Positions 27,505 through 40,200 of a stretch of 64,000 nt of DNA are shown here, one piece after another. The DNA lies in the NCBI GenBank assembly GCA_964016885.1, contig OZ024742.1, forward strand, positions 125,364,001 to 125,428,000, read 5' to 3'. The notes beneath the pieces were generated by a model. That model was not told the DNA's origin and made no database searches. It saw nothing but the letters and a program-made list of their open reading frames with translations. The translations under genes and the position numbers were made by a program. The number at the start of each line of letters is the position of its first letter. Positions within the stretch are counted from its first letter, which is position 1. Source of the stretch: Eledone cirrhosa (taxonomy: Eukaryota).

Positions 27505-27692
27505 CAAAGGAATTGTGGTAAGGAACCAAATGGATCATAACGCACCAGAGTACTCAATACTTAGGGTAGTAAAGTGGGAAATAGGAAAAAGTATGACCCC
27601 GACGGCAGAGCTCAAGCCGTTTCGACGGCTATTTCTGGACCAGAAATAGCCGTCGAAACGGCTTGAGCTCTGCCGTCGTGGTCATACTTTTT

Positions 27693-27697
<5 letters not shown>
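27504..27697. mobile_element. Fold-back mini-element F1: 77-bp leader plus 58-bp arm palindrome (centre 27639)
   Basis: Arms 27581-27638 and 27640-27697 with one mismatch; (TA)n on both sides. Confidence 0.92.
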
Positions 27698-27772
<75 letters not shown>

Positions 27773-28374
27773 CGTGTAGATATACATTTATATATGTGTG
27801 GGTATGTGTGTTTGTTTGTGTGTGCATGTGTGTGTGTGAATGTCCATACATAAATGTATATATGAATATATTTACGTATATATACATGTGTATATATGCA
27901 TACAATCATTCACACATGCGTATATAGAGGTTAATCTCTGCCGTTGCTGCTTAGAATATTGCCCACGTAAGTGAACTGATTGGCTTATCTTGACTGCTGC
28001 AGATCTGCATAGGTTTTGCTGTCAAGGTTATGTAGTTACCAACGTCCAGGTCCTCTAGTATTGCATGCTCCCTCTAGATTATGAGTTAAAGTGTAGAAAC
28101 TTTGATTTCACCTATTCAAGTGATCTTCAGAAACTCAGATATCCTAACATCCGTGGCGCAATTATAAACGTTTCAAGATAAAGCATGCATATATCATTCT
28201 CAAAGGTCAGAAAGCCATAACGAATAAACGAGAAAACATGAAGTAGAACGTCGGTTGTAATCGAATGTAATTCCGGTCGTATGACCAAGTGAGAACAGTA
28301 GTCCATACATACTAATAAATAAACAATGTATGTAAAATATTATGCAAACTGAATACTCGAATAAATTCATAATA

Positions 28375-28555
28375 ATTGGTTCTACTTTAGGCTCAAGGCC
28401 AGCAATTACCATGTGCATTACTGGTACTTTATTTTATCGACCTCGTAAGGATGAAAGGCAAAGTCAACCTCAGCTGGATTTGAACTCAGATCGTAAAGGG
28501 ACGTAACTATGCTGGAAAGCATGGCGTCCGAGACTCTACCGATACTGCCAATCCA
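28375..28555 (-). mobile_element. SINE family A
   Basis: Reverse complement of the consensus. Confidence 0.88.
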
Positions 28556-28585
28556 ATAATAATGTACTACTATATATAAACTAGT

Positions 28586-28900
28586 GGCGGGGATTTGGCA
28601 ACGTCATTAGAGTATCGGCGAGAATGCCTCGCTGGTTCTCTGATTTTTGAGTTCAAATCCAGCCGAGCTGCACATAGCCTTTCATCTCTCTGAGGTTGAG
28701 AAACAAAGGACCTGTCTAGTACAAGGCTCGATTCTCCTTCTATGTCTCTTTCTCACTTCCATTCTCTAACGCTGTATCCCTCTTTGGATGTACTCAGACC
28801 TGGAGAGGAAACGAGCCCCACCAGGCTTTAAAAAATGTCATAGAATTGCCGCATGTCAGCACCACGCCCCTACGATTCTTCTAGGAGTTACCAGTCCAAA
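28586..28900 (+). mobile_element. SINE family A variant with 3' extension
   Basis: Head plus B box; the extension is homologous to 2360-2525. Confidence 0.65.
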
Positions 28901-29407
28901 GAAACATGCATATAAAGTAATAATAATAGATGCAATAACAATATTAGTAATAAATTGATATAATAATTATGATAAATCCTACTTTTTCTTCTTTTTCTTC
29001 TTCTTCTTCTTCTTCTTCTTCTTCTTCTTCTTCTTCTTCTTCTTCTTCTACTATACCATGTATATTTATGGATGGCTCTGTGCTGGAAGAAGGTTTTCAA
29101 AATGAAGATGGAAATATATGAGAAAAATACTAATTGTAGTACTAATAGCATAACAAATAAACTTTAATTATTGATAGTGTGATTCAGATATTTTACGTTT
29201 CTGTCATCTTCCTTTTCTTGCATTATCACGTTTACAAATAGTACACTTATCGACACACGTATGTAAATATACATATATATATATACACCCCAACCATACA
29301 CATACGCACACACTCACATACAGGCATTTATATCTATATATAACCTAATATATCCCTTCCATATACCGTACCGATTGTGTTGTTATTTCTGTTTACCTTT
29401 TACATAC

Positions 29408-29446
<39 letters not shown>

Positions 29447-30960
29447 TCTTTCTATTTATTTGCCACCAGGGCATCAACGATTGGGACAAATACAAGGGTG
29501 GGGAGTTTACATACATTTCAAAGGACGTGTAAAAATATATAACAAATCAAATTCAACAATCGAAGTCCTCAATAGGGAGGGGGCGTTGACGTGGGTCGCA
29601 CACACCCCCGAAAAAAATGTGCAACCCTCCTCCTCAGGAGCACAAAGAGCGGGTGCTCCCTTCCTCTCCTCTTTCTTCTCCTCTCTCACCTACAGGCTGA
29701 TATACAGAGAAGGCCCATTCACTCCGACCATTCTCGCTACTTTCACCCACCTTTCATAAAACTTGCTGGGGTAGAGCACCTCTATCTGCATTCTGATACT
29801 TCTTCTAAAATGGTACTTGAAAAAAAGGACCAGTTGTTGGCCGGAAAGAAAAGTGTCTGACCTTAGCCCTTTCAATCTCGTCCACCATACAACCTCTTTC
29901 GCCATAGCTATCACACAGAGGAAAACCGCCTCTCCTTCGTTTTTGAAGGGGGGAGGTGGTTTGATCGTGACAATGTACTCGGTGGTCAACCAGATTGGTC
30001 CCACCCGCGACAGTAGTCGTTCCACATAGCCCCACAGGTCAGCAACGCCCGGGCAGTGTACGAATGCGTGCGCGGCGGTTTCCTCGTCACGCACGCATCT
30101 CGGAGAGATCTTCTTCGAGGGGTCCCTACCCGGGCGCCCGTGTCTGTAGTGCTTATCCCGAACGGGTAGAGCTCCTCGGTAGCACTGCCAAGCCAGGGGC
30201 TTTTGGAAGTTGTCCATCGGTCCCGGGCCAAACGTCCTACCGAACAGACTGGCAATCTCGTCTTCCTCCATGCCCAGAGCCTCTCCGAGAGCGTCGTCGC
30301 ACTTGCTACGCACCAATCCTCTATATAATGTTAAGGTTGAGACTCCACTGATTGCCGGATCCGCTTACCAGAGGGCCCTGAGCGCCTGGGCGCATTCAAT
30401 GTCCCAGTCGCCAAGCTTTTCTCGGTCTTTGCTTGACCCAGTATTGCAGCTCGGTGAGTGAGACGAGTCTCGAAAAGGCTCGCCTCACAAAAGGGGCCCA
30501 CACCAGCTGACCTGAGAGGAATACCTGGAGGTGCCGTAGCTTTAATGCGTGTCTACGCATCGTGAGCCACGGCATCTCCAGCCCTCCGTTCGAAGGGTGT
30601 TGACGTCAGATGGATATTCTCACCAAAGGAATCGGAAGAGCGCGCACTCCATTTTGGTGAGCGTTTTCGCTAGGCAAGGCACGACGGTCAAACGGTAGTA
30701 GATGACGGACGCTATATAAGTGTTCTCCACCTCCGCTCGACCTTTCAGGGATAGTTTGCACTCGGCCCATTCTGGGCTAGTGCAAACACCCTGCCCGTTA
30801 CCTCGTCCCAGTTTTTCTTCACCTGGAGGTCCGGTCCGAACCAGACCCCGAGCAGCTTCACCGATCCCTCCGTCCAGCGTCCGACGACGCCGTCGGAGGG
30901 CAAACTGACGGACTTGTCCCGGTTCAGCTTGGCTCCTGTAAACCTTTCGTATTCCTCGAA

Positions 30961-31593
30961 TCAGGTGCCGATCTTCCCGATTTCCGAGGCGCACGTCACC
31001 ATTACTGTCACGTCATCGGCGTAGGCCGACACCGCTTTCCGCAATCCCAGTTCGAAGGGGATTCCCTGCAACAGCTCCAACTTCCTCAGTAGTGGCTCGA
31101 GAGCCAGCACATACAGGAGGGAGGAGAGAGGGCATCCCTTACGGATGGATCGCGCGATTTGGAACGGCTCCGAGAGGTAGCCGTTCACCTTGACCCTCGA
31201 ACAGGTGTTGCTGCTGTGCATTGCAGCAATCCAGCCCCTGAAAATGGGTCCGAAGCCTGCCGCCGCGAGCACCGCATCCAGGTACCGATGGTCGACCCTA
31301 TCGAATGCCTTAGATTGATCCAAATTGATCAGGGTCCCACCAAAGCCGGGTTCGTTCCCTACCCTCTCTACGATGTATCGCATGAGGTGGAGGTGGTCGT
31401 GTATGGACCTGGACGGGATTGCGCATGTCTGCGCTTCTCCCACCATGTTCCCGGCGACAATCCCCAACCTCTTCGCTAACACCTTGGCCAAAATCTTTAA
31501 CTCTGTGTTTAGCAGAGTTATGGGGCTGAAGTTATCTATGTCATCCCCATTATTCTCGTCCTTCCTCACCAGCGCGACTACGCCCTTGGTCAA
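30961..31593 (-). pseudogene. Reverse transcriptase core of Tx1 ORF2 (frameshifted fragment)
   Basis: ORF track 210 aa with the RT motifs through YADD. Confidence 0.9.
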
Positions 31594-32599
31594 AGAAATG
31601 GGAATTCTCTCGTTCTATTGCCAGTTGCAGTAGACCGCTTCGAGGAGATCGGAAAACAAGTCCGGCATCGGTACATAAAGTTCGTATGGTAGACCATCGG
31701 GACCGGGAGATATGCGTTTGCCGCATTGGCTGAGCGCTTCCCCTATTTCAGCGGCCGAAATCGGCCTTTCGCAGGTATCGCCTCCCCGTCCGAGAGCTGC
31801 GGCAGACCGTCGAGGTATGGACAGAAATTCATGGCCTCCCCCGTCTTGCCGCCGCTCCCGAACAGTCGTGCAAAGCGCCGTTAGAAGGCCGCGCACATCC
31901 GCTCAGGTTCAAGGATCACGCGTCCATCCTGGTCCTTCAATGACCGAATCGTGGACTTGTTTCCACTTTTTGCCTCTGTCACTCGGGCCCAACTAACAGC
32001 TTTGGCCCCCTCGTTACCCAGAGCACGTATTTTACTCCTGACAACGCAGCTCTCGTGCTTCGCGTCAAAGAACTGGTCTATGGCCGTTCTTGACGCCAGC
32101 ACGCCGGCCACGTTGCCACTCCTAATCGCCTCTTCTACACTATCTATCAATTCCCTTTCAGTTCTATTCCTATCTGATGCTAATTCCTGACTAAAACCTA
32201 TCGATTCTATTCTAAGTTCTCTCTTGAGAGAGCCCCACCACCTGCTGTTGACAATTGCCGCCGTCAACCGCTGCTAAACTAGAGTGCTAATCCGCTTATT
32301 GTAAGCTTTGTTTGTCGGTAAGGACAAGTTTAGCTTCCAGTAACCGGGTCCTTGTCTATGGGTTCTATCAAGGTTGACCACTCCGGTCACCAACTTGTGA
32401 TCCGAATAGTCAACCATTGTTTGTGATGTTTGTTCTGTTTGTGCTGGTGGTTGTGTGTTTGTTGCATTTTTGTTAATGTGGTGCTTCTTTTCTTTATTTT
32501 TACAGGTTGAAAGGGTTCTCCCTTGTGGTCACTGGGTGACGTTGATAAGGGGTATATTTTGGGGTTTTGTTGTGGTTGCTTTTGTATTTGTTTTAGGTG

Positions 32600-33741
32600 G
32601 GGAGGGGTTGGGTGGGACAGTGTCTTGTATTGTTATTTTTTCGTGTTGTTGTGGTTGTTGTTGTTGTTGTTGTTGTGGTGGTGGTGGTTATGTTGTTGTG
32701 TGTGGTGTGGGCAGAAACGTCTTTTTTGTCGCGGGGGGGGCATTTAAAAGGGGACAGGAAGCCCTCAGGTGACCACTTCCTGAACAGTGGTAGCATGAAG
32801 GCCGCCTGCCCTCAACAGAAATGTTTATGAAGGCGACTCCATCCAGGGACACATGCTGCGGTATTTTTGCTATCCGTTCTGGTCTCATTTGGACCAGAAC
32901 TTCAAGGTATTGCCGCTGAATATTCGCCTATCGAAAGGATTGTGTCCTCATCTTCTAAGAATCCCGTTAGCACCCACCAAATGCTCGCATTTGGCCTGAT
33001 GCCGGAGATTCTTATTTTTTTAGTTCTTTCTCCCAAATATGTGGGGAAAAAGGTGTATGCTTTGGATACAATTGGCGACACAGAATATTTCCGTGCCGCC
33101 AATTCATCTTGCATTAAAACAGATATGCTTCCATACTGTTTCCCTTTCTGTATGAAAGCGATATCCTTCCAGGCACTACTTAGGACCAGCTCAATTTCGC
33201 TTTGGGACAATTGAGCCGGTTTCCTAGTCGTGTTCGAAACTGTGGACTGTGTCCCTTCTAATTTCTTCGGGGGATGGAATTGTGAATTCCCCACCTTCCG
33301 CGAAAGTTACACAATTCCTTGCTTGTTTCAGCAATTTCTTGGCATTCGAGGTGTACAGTGCTTTGTATGTCTGCGTTTCTCGGACCGCCTGTGCGAAGGA
33401 GACTGCAGCTATGGGTCCGTTTTCTTTCGTGTTGTTATCATTGTTGTGGTTATTATTCGTGTTGGCTTGCTTTTTTCCTTTGTTGGTGTTGTCATTATTG
33501 CTGTTGTTGGTCGTGTTGTTATTGTCATTGTTGCTGTTGTTGATTGTGTTGTTATTGTCATTGTTGTTCTTGTTTGTGTAATTGTTACTTTTGGGGTTTC
33601 CACCCATTTCCACAATTCTTTCTTTTGATTCCGTGGTGTCTTTTGCGGGAGTGAGGAGGGAAGGCTTACAGCGTTGTTCTGCTACCTTCTTTTTATCACT
33701 TTCCTGGGGGGGGGGGCATGCGTCGTATTAATGGCATCCAT
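32600..33741 (-). pseudogene. Tx1 ORF1 (gag-like zinc knuckle), frameshifted
   Basis: Asn/Thr-rich linkers, 'SFAQAV' and a CX2CX4HX4C knuckle at ~32755-32800. Confidence 0.75.
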
Positions 33742-33976
33742 TGTCACTAAACGACTTTTTATCGACAACTTATAAATATTAACTTTCGCCCCCAAAAGAG
33801 GCGAAATTTATTTTACCCAACGTCTGCAGGCCCAGGCGAGGGTTTAAACACAACAAATAACAAATTACTTAAAAAACCTACCGTTCCTCGTAATAAATTC
33901 CGACAAAATGCAGGAGCGAAACAAAAACACTTCTATCTTCTCCGAGATAAATAGATAGATAGATAGATATGTATGT

Positions 33977-34084
<108 letters not shown>

Positions 34085-34161
34085 CACACACACATACACA
34101 CATATATATTGACAATGAAGCATTCACGCACGAACATACATAAACATATGCCTTTCGTCTG

Positions 34162-34214
<53 letters not shown>

Positions 34215-34971
34215 CACAGAAAAAAGTGAATCAGTGTTGCGACGAAATGAATTTAATGGAGATACTACAAAAGTTTCTCAGGCGACCAACTCGAGGCAAG
34301 ATCGATAAGGTGATCACACCTGATTCTGAAATCATCACGGTCGTCAGATATGTCTCGATTCTACGAAGCAGCATTTCCTATTGTCCTTTAACATCGAATT
34401 TCTTCGTATGTTGAATTAGATCCTGTGTTGTCATTCTATGAGTGGTCAATAATTGTACACGTCATCGATATTTCTAGCCACTCTTGGTTGCCCACTTCTT
34501 GATTCTTCTCGTTCTCCACCTGTCAATCAAAATTTGTATCAGAATTACTACTGTGGTGGGAGAGGGGCTGTAATCGTGAACGGTTGGCATCACTTCGACG
34601 TCTTCATTGCCCCTAAGAGCCTAAGTCTACATCGTTCAGGTACACACCCGCAATTATGCAATGCATATTATATGTATATATAATATGTAGAAAAGACAAC
34701 ACACGAGCGAGAGAGTGTGCGTTATCGTTTCTACATACTATATTTGAGGAGCCCAGGATTCATTTTCCTTTGAGCACCTAATTTACGGGGACTAACGTGA
34801 GTCTAGGACTCCGTTTATTGATTTATATATATATAATGAGAAAAAACACAAACCACCCATCACAATTCTACTTTTGAAAAGCAGAAGGACTGCGAGACCG
34901 GTAAAGGTAGCAAATAAATATATATTTTAAAAAAAAACGACTCTACTTGCACTTTCGATTTCAGCTTTTTT

Positions 34972-35049
<78 letters not shown>

Positions 35050-35177
35050 GAATGTATGTATAGTGTATTTGGCAATACACCGTATGTTTAAATAAAAACA
35101 TTTAGAAAACCATAGGCTATCGGTCTTAAAGTAGTGACTATGTCACTTACTTCTTTTCGGCGAAAGAAGGAAGAGAA

Positions 35178-35217
35178 GCTGACAGTCTGTTTCACGCTGG
35201 TTGGTGATCATCAGAGC
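35178..35217 (-). ncRNA. Type I hammerhead ribozyme (minimal)
   Basis: gct-CTGATGA-tcaccaaccagcgt-GAAA-cagactG-TC-agc: GUC triplet, 3-bp stem I, quasi-palindromic stem III, weak stem II. Confidence 0.65.
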
Positions 35218-35492
35218 GAGGCACCCCCTGCTTCCGCTAAAAAGTATAGAAGCTGGATTCATATTTAATTCCAGTAATAATCAGGGGCTGATTATACAGA
35301 GTGATTTCTGGTCCAACAAAATTAGGTATTAGGATTGGTGCTCTGAAATAGCGATGTATACATGAATGTATGTATAGTATATTTGGCAATATACCGTATC
35401 GGCAATGGCTCTGTATAATCAGCTCCTGATTATTACTGGAATTCCATAAGAATCCAGCTTCTATAATTTTTGGCGGAAGCAGGGGGTGTGTG

Positions 35493-35532
35493 GCTCTGAT
35501 GATCGCCAGCCAGCGTGAAACAGACTGTTAGC
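35493..35532 (+). ncRNA. Type I hammerhead ribozyme (minimal)
   Basis: gct-CTGATGA-t-cgc-cagcca-gcg-t-GAAA-cagactG-TT-agc (GUU triplet). Confidence 0.65.
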
Positions 35533-35656
35533 TTCTCTCCCTTCTTTAAAACCGGTAGCGTATGGTCTTCAAAATGTTCTTAATTAAACATACGGTATAT
35601 TGCCAAATATACTATACATACATTCATATACACATCGCTATTTCAGAACACTAATC

Positions 35657-35696
<40 letters not shown>

Positions 35697-35802
35697 TGTG
35701 TGCGTGTGTGTATATACATGTATATGTGTGTGTATAAATATGTATATATGTATGTGTGCATATATATATATATATGTATATATACACATATATATCTATA
35801 TA

Positions 35803-35881
<79 letters not shown>

Positions 35882-35882
35882 T

Positions 35883-35931
<49 letters not shown>

Positions 35932-36189
35932 ATACGCGTACATATTTCTCAAATCCTCATAACACCCTATTGTTTTCACAAGAAGAATAGAATAATAAAT
36001 TAATAGGAAACTTATTTTAAGCTTAATCAATTATTGAATTGATATTTTCTCATCAAATGATTAATGAATATTATTTGAAGTTAACTATTTATTCATTGTA
36101 ATTTACTATTTTTATAATCAGTTGATAATATATGTTAATACAACGCCAAGCGAAACATACACAATAGCTTTGATTACTGCGATGTATTC

Positions 36190-36375
36190 GGTGAATTGGT
36201 AGTATCGGTAGAGGGTCGGATGCCATGCTTTCCAGCATAGTTACGTCCCTTTATGATCTCAGTTCAAATCCCGCAGAGGTTAACTTTGCCTTTCATCCTT
36301 ACGGGGTCGATAAAATAATGTACCAGTAATGCACTGGGATAATTGCTGGCCTTGTGCCTAAAGTAGAAACAATTA
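36190..36375 (+). mobile_element. SINE family A
   Basis: Head, core and tail present. Confidence 0.88.
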
Positions 36376-36469
36376 TAAACTATTTCTGTTCTCATACTGA
36401 ATCAATGTTTAGGATCAAGAAGCTGAATCTCCCAAAAAAATCTATCAACCAATAATATCTTAGAACCAC

Positions 36470-36735
36470 TCTTCTTTTTCTTCTTCTTCTTCTTCTTCTT
36501 CTTCTTCTTCTTCTTCTTCTTCTTCTTCTTCTTTTTCTTTTTATTCTTATTCGTATTCTTATTCTTATTCTTCTTATTCTTCTTATTCTTCTTATTCTTA
36601 TTCTTATTCTTATTCTTCTTATTCTTATTCTTTTTCTTCTTATTCTTCTTCTTATTCTTCTTATTCTTCTTTTTCTTCTTCTTATTCTTCTTATTCTTCT
36701 TCTTATTCTTATTCTTATTCTTATTCTTATTCTTC
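36470..36735. repeat. (TTC)n/(TTATTC)n compound microsatellite
   Basis: Directly visible. Confidence 0.97.
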
Positions 36736-37210
36736 TAGCCGGGGAGCGCAGGCAGTTTTTATCTGTCTGGTGGCCATGGCAAAAGAAATAATATGGTGGA
36801 CGCGTGATGGTGATACCCTGATTACCTTTTTTAAATTTCATTTGAAAAGAAAATCAGGATAGAGAGGGAAGTGCTCTCTTCCCAGCTTTTTGTTGAAAAA
36901 GGGGTGAGAGAGGTAAGAATGGCCCGAGTGAATGGACCCTGAGTATATGCCTGTAAATTGAAGTTTGAAAACTGGGAGAGGACACTTGCCCTGGTTGTCA
37001 GGGTCAGCGTGGCTTTTTTTTTAATGGGCTTTCTCCACGATGGCCCTAGGAAGTTTCCCCCCTATTGGGGAATTTTTCATTGTTCTTTGTATTACATCCT
37101 CTGTTTTTTGTTTTTATTACACGCAGAAAAGCCCATTTGTACTGTCCTCTATTGTCCTGTACTGTCCTTAATGTCTACTTTGTGTAAACCCTTGTGGTTA
37201 ATAAAGAAGG
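36736..37210 (+). mobile_element. 3' end of a second Tx1-family element
   Basis: 'QAVFICLVAMAKEIIWWTR' resembles 'EAVFLCVIAMAKEVVWWTR' of 29690-30316. The 3' terminus 'cccttgtggttaataaag' resembles the 29448 end. Confidence 0.75.
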
Positions 37211-37250
37211 CATTATTATTATTATTATTATTATTATTGCCATTGTTATT

Positions 37251-40200
37251 CCTTGAATCTCAGTCATTGATGTTGGTTAACTGGAAAGTCCGTTGGATTG
37301 AATATCAAGCCACTACCTGCAGCCTCAGATATTCAGGACGTATCGGAGGGTTCTTGCCGTTCCAAGCAAGCATGCCTTTTGAAGCGTTCCAAAAAGCGTG
37401 AAGGGGCCGATTTTCTTTAACCATCCCTGGAAACCTTTGGAGATAGTCCCCAGTGCGCCTATGACAATCGGGATCACTTTGACTTCATGGCAGTTCCAAA
37501 TCCTTTTCACCTCCCACTTTAGGTCCTGGTATCGGTTAATTTTCTCCCTCTCCTTCTCTTGCACTCTCGTGTCGAACGGGCAGGCCACATCCACAATCAG
37601 GCACGATCTTTTTTCTTTGTCCACAACCACCAGGTCAGGTCTATTGTGTTCCAGTTTTTTGTCCGTCTGTATCCTAAAATCCCACAGCACCTTCACCTGA
37701 CTGTTCTCCATCACCGCCTCTGGCCTATGCTCATACCATTTCTCAGAATGTGGTAGATTGTTTACTTTGCACAGGTGCCAGTGGATCACCCTGCCCATCA
37801 CATCGTGTCTCCAGCCCTTATAGTGGGTCTGGGCTAGGTGTTTACACTCGGACACAATGTGAGCCACAGTCTCCTCTCTCTCTCCACAGATCCTGCACAG
37901 TGGGCTAGCCTCCTCCTTGTAGATATGGTGCTTCAACCACTTCGTTTTGAGGGCCTGCTCCTGCGCAGCCATTAGCATTCCTTCTGTAGCCTTTTTGAGG
38001 TCTCCTCTTCTCAACCAGTTCCATGTCTGTGGATCTCTAAATTCAGTTTTCTCAAAGAAGGTACTATGAAGGGATTTTCCCTTAAGGCTGCTCTTCCTCC
38101 TTGATGTTATTTCCTCCTTGGGTATCCCCTGGCCTACTGTCCCCTCCTTCAGTACAGCTCTGAGCATTGGCTCCTTACTATAGGTCACGTATTTGTATAG
38201 GTTGTTTTTCTCCATCTGAACACAGTCCTCTATGCTGATAAGACCTCTTCCACCCTCAGATCTCCTTAGGTAGAGTCTATCGACATCACTCCTCTTGTGG
38301 AACATGTTGTAGATAGTCAATAGCTTCCTAGTCTTCCTATCCATTTCTTTTTGTTCAGCAACATTCCATCTCAGAATTCCCGCACTGTACCTAATAATAG
38401 ACACAGCTCGGGAATTTACTGCGCTTATGGCATTTCTGCTGTTCAGATGTGACTTCAATACGCTCCTTACTCTCCGAATGTATTCAGTTCTTAACAATTC
38501 CTTCATTTTTTTGTTCTTTATGCCATCAGCCTCCAGAACGCCCAAATACTTGTATCCTTCCTCAGAGTCAATTTCCTTTATCATCTCACCTGTTGGTATC
38601 TGGATCCCGTTACTTCTGCTCAACCTACCCCTCCTCATCACAATGACTCCACATTTACCAATACCAAACTGCATACATATATCACTGCTGAAAATACGGA
38701 CAGTGTCAACAAGCACATCCAACTCCTTCTCACTTTTCCCGAAGAGCTTAAGATCGTCCATGAAGAGGAGGTGATTGATGGTAAGCTCTCCCCTTCCCAA
38801 CTTGTATCCTGCTCTCACTTTTCGCAGCATAATGGTCAAGGGCATCAGGGCAAGGACAAACAACAGAGGGGACAGGCTATCTCCCTGGAAGATACCTCTC
38901 TTGATCTTCACGCTTCCCAAGGATACTCCAGTTGATGTCAACTCTGTCTCCCAGGACCCCATACTCCTGCCCAGCAACTGTCTGATGTTATCTGCCACCC
39001 TGAAGATCTCCAGGCTTTTGGTGATCCAGGAATGAGGCACCATGTCAAATGCCTTTCTGTAGTCTATCCATCCCATGGCAAGATCAGTGTGTCTCCTCCT
39101 GCAATTCCCCATTACCATCTTATCAATAAGCAACTGGTCCTTTGTACCACGTGACTTCTTTCGGCATCCTTTCTGTTCGTCCGGCAACAGGTTGTTTGTG
39201 TGGAGGTGATGGTAGATTTCCTCAGACACAATGCTCGTCAACAGTTTCCACATTACGGGCAGACATGTGATAGGTCTATAGTTGGTAACATCATTACCCT
39301 TGATTCGGTCTTTCATTATCAGAACTGTGGTACCTTTTGTCAACCACTCTGGCACCTCACCCGACACCAAGCAGTCATTGAACATGGCCGTCAGCTTCGG
39401 GTGGAGGGATGTTAAATGTTTAATCCAATACCCCTGCACACCATCTGGGCCTGGTGATTTCCAGTTGGTTAGTTTTTTGGCTTGCCCCTTAAGAGTTTCA
39501 ACTGTGATACTCAAATCAGTCTGTTGCTGTGCCTGCTCACCGATCTCCCTCTGTACTGTCTCAATCCACCCTGCCTGGGCATTGTGTCTAACATCCTGCT
39601 CCCATATTCCTCTCCAGAATGTTTTAGCTTGTTCCGCCCCAGGGATCAAGTCGTTGCCTCTTTCTTTCCCCTCAAGCTGTCCAAACAGCATCTTCTGGTT
39701 GTTGTCGAACATGCGGTTCTGTTTATACTGACTGACTCTGTTCTCGTATCGCCTGATTTTGGCACTCTTTGCTACAATGCGTTGCTTCAATTCCTCTATG
39801 ATAATATTTAGCTTTTTACTCCTAGTTTTGTATTTTATTTCCAGTCTATTTTTAGTGCCTATGTTTTTTAGTGTCCCATTCAGTAGTGACTCAAGCTTTC
39901 CTATGTCATTTCTCATTTCCCCGATTTGCCCACTCAGTCGCTTCTTCCACCACGGCTCTGCTCTTTCTTGTCTGTTGTTTCCTCTCGCTTTTATACCAAG
40001 TAGTTTCCTCACCGTATTTGCTGTTGCTTTGAGGATATTGTTGCACTGGTGAAGACTCCTCGCCTCAAGGTATGGGATGACTTTGTTTACCTTAGCTGTT
40101 GTTTCTTTTAACTTTTTCCTGTCTACAAATCTTAGGTTCATAGGTCTCCCACTATCATTGTTCAACTCATCTACCACTAAATTTAGGATGTCAACCGAAT

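Larger units (their letters stand above)
29448..33945 (-). mobile_element. Tx1/L1-clade non-LTR retrotransposon, decayed, endonuclease largely deleted
   Basis: ORF1 pieces with a CCHC knuckle (CYHCSGSGHLRASC). ORF2 resumes at 'SDHKLV...GPGYWKLN'. RT motifs 'SPGPDGLP', 'PITLLNTELKILAKVLA', 'DQSKAFDRV', 'GCPLS' and 'YADD'. C-terminal 'C..EET..HAFVHC'. Microsatellites at both ends. Confidence 0.9.
35048..35662. mobile_element. Hammerhead-bearing element H4: 314-bp unit with terminal redundancy followed by an inverted copy, in (TA)n
   Basis: 35048-35085 repeated at 35362-35399, with an inverted copy at ~35408-35662. Hammerhead cores at 35178-35217 (-) and 35493-35532 (+). Confidence 0.85.

Noticed and set aside
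34230-34560. Possible mariner HTH remnant ('EESRSGQPR') on the minus strand
   Set aside because: A single short motif amid stops.
36392-36841. Arg/Ile-rich protamine-like ORF
   Set aside because: Translation of the (TTC)/(TTA) microsatellite.
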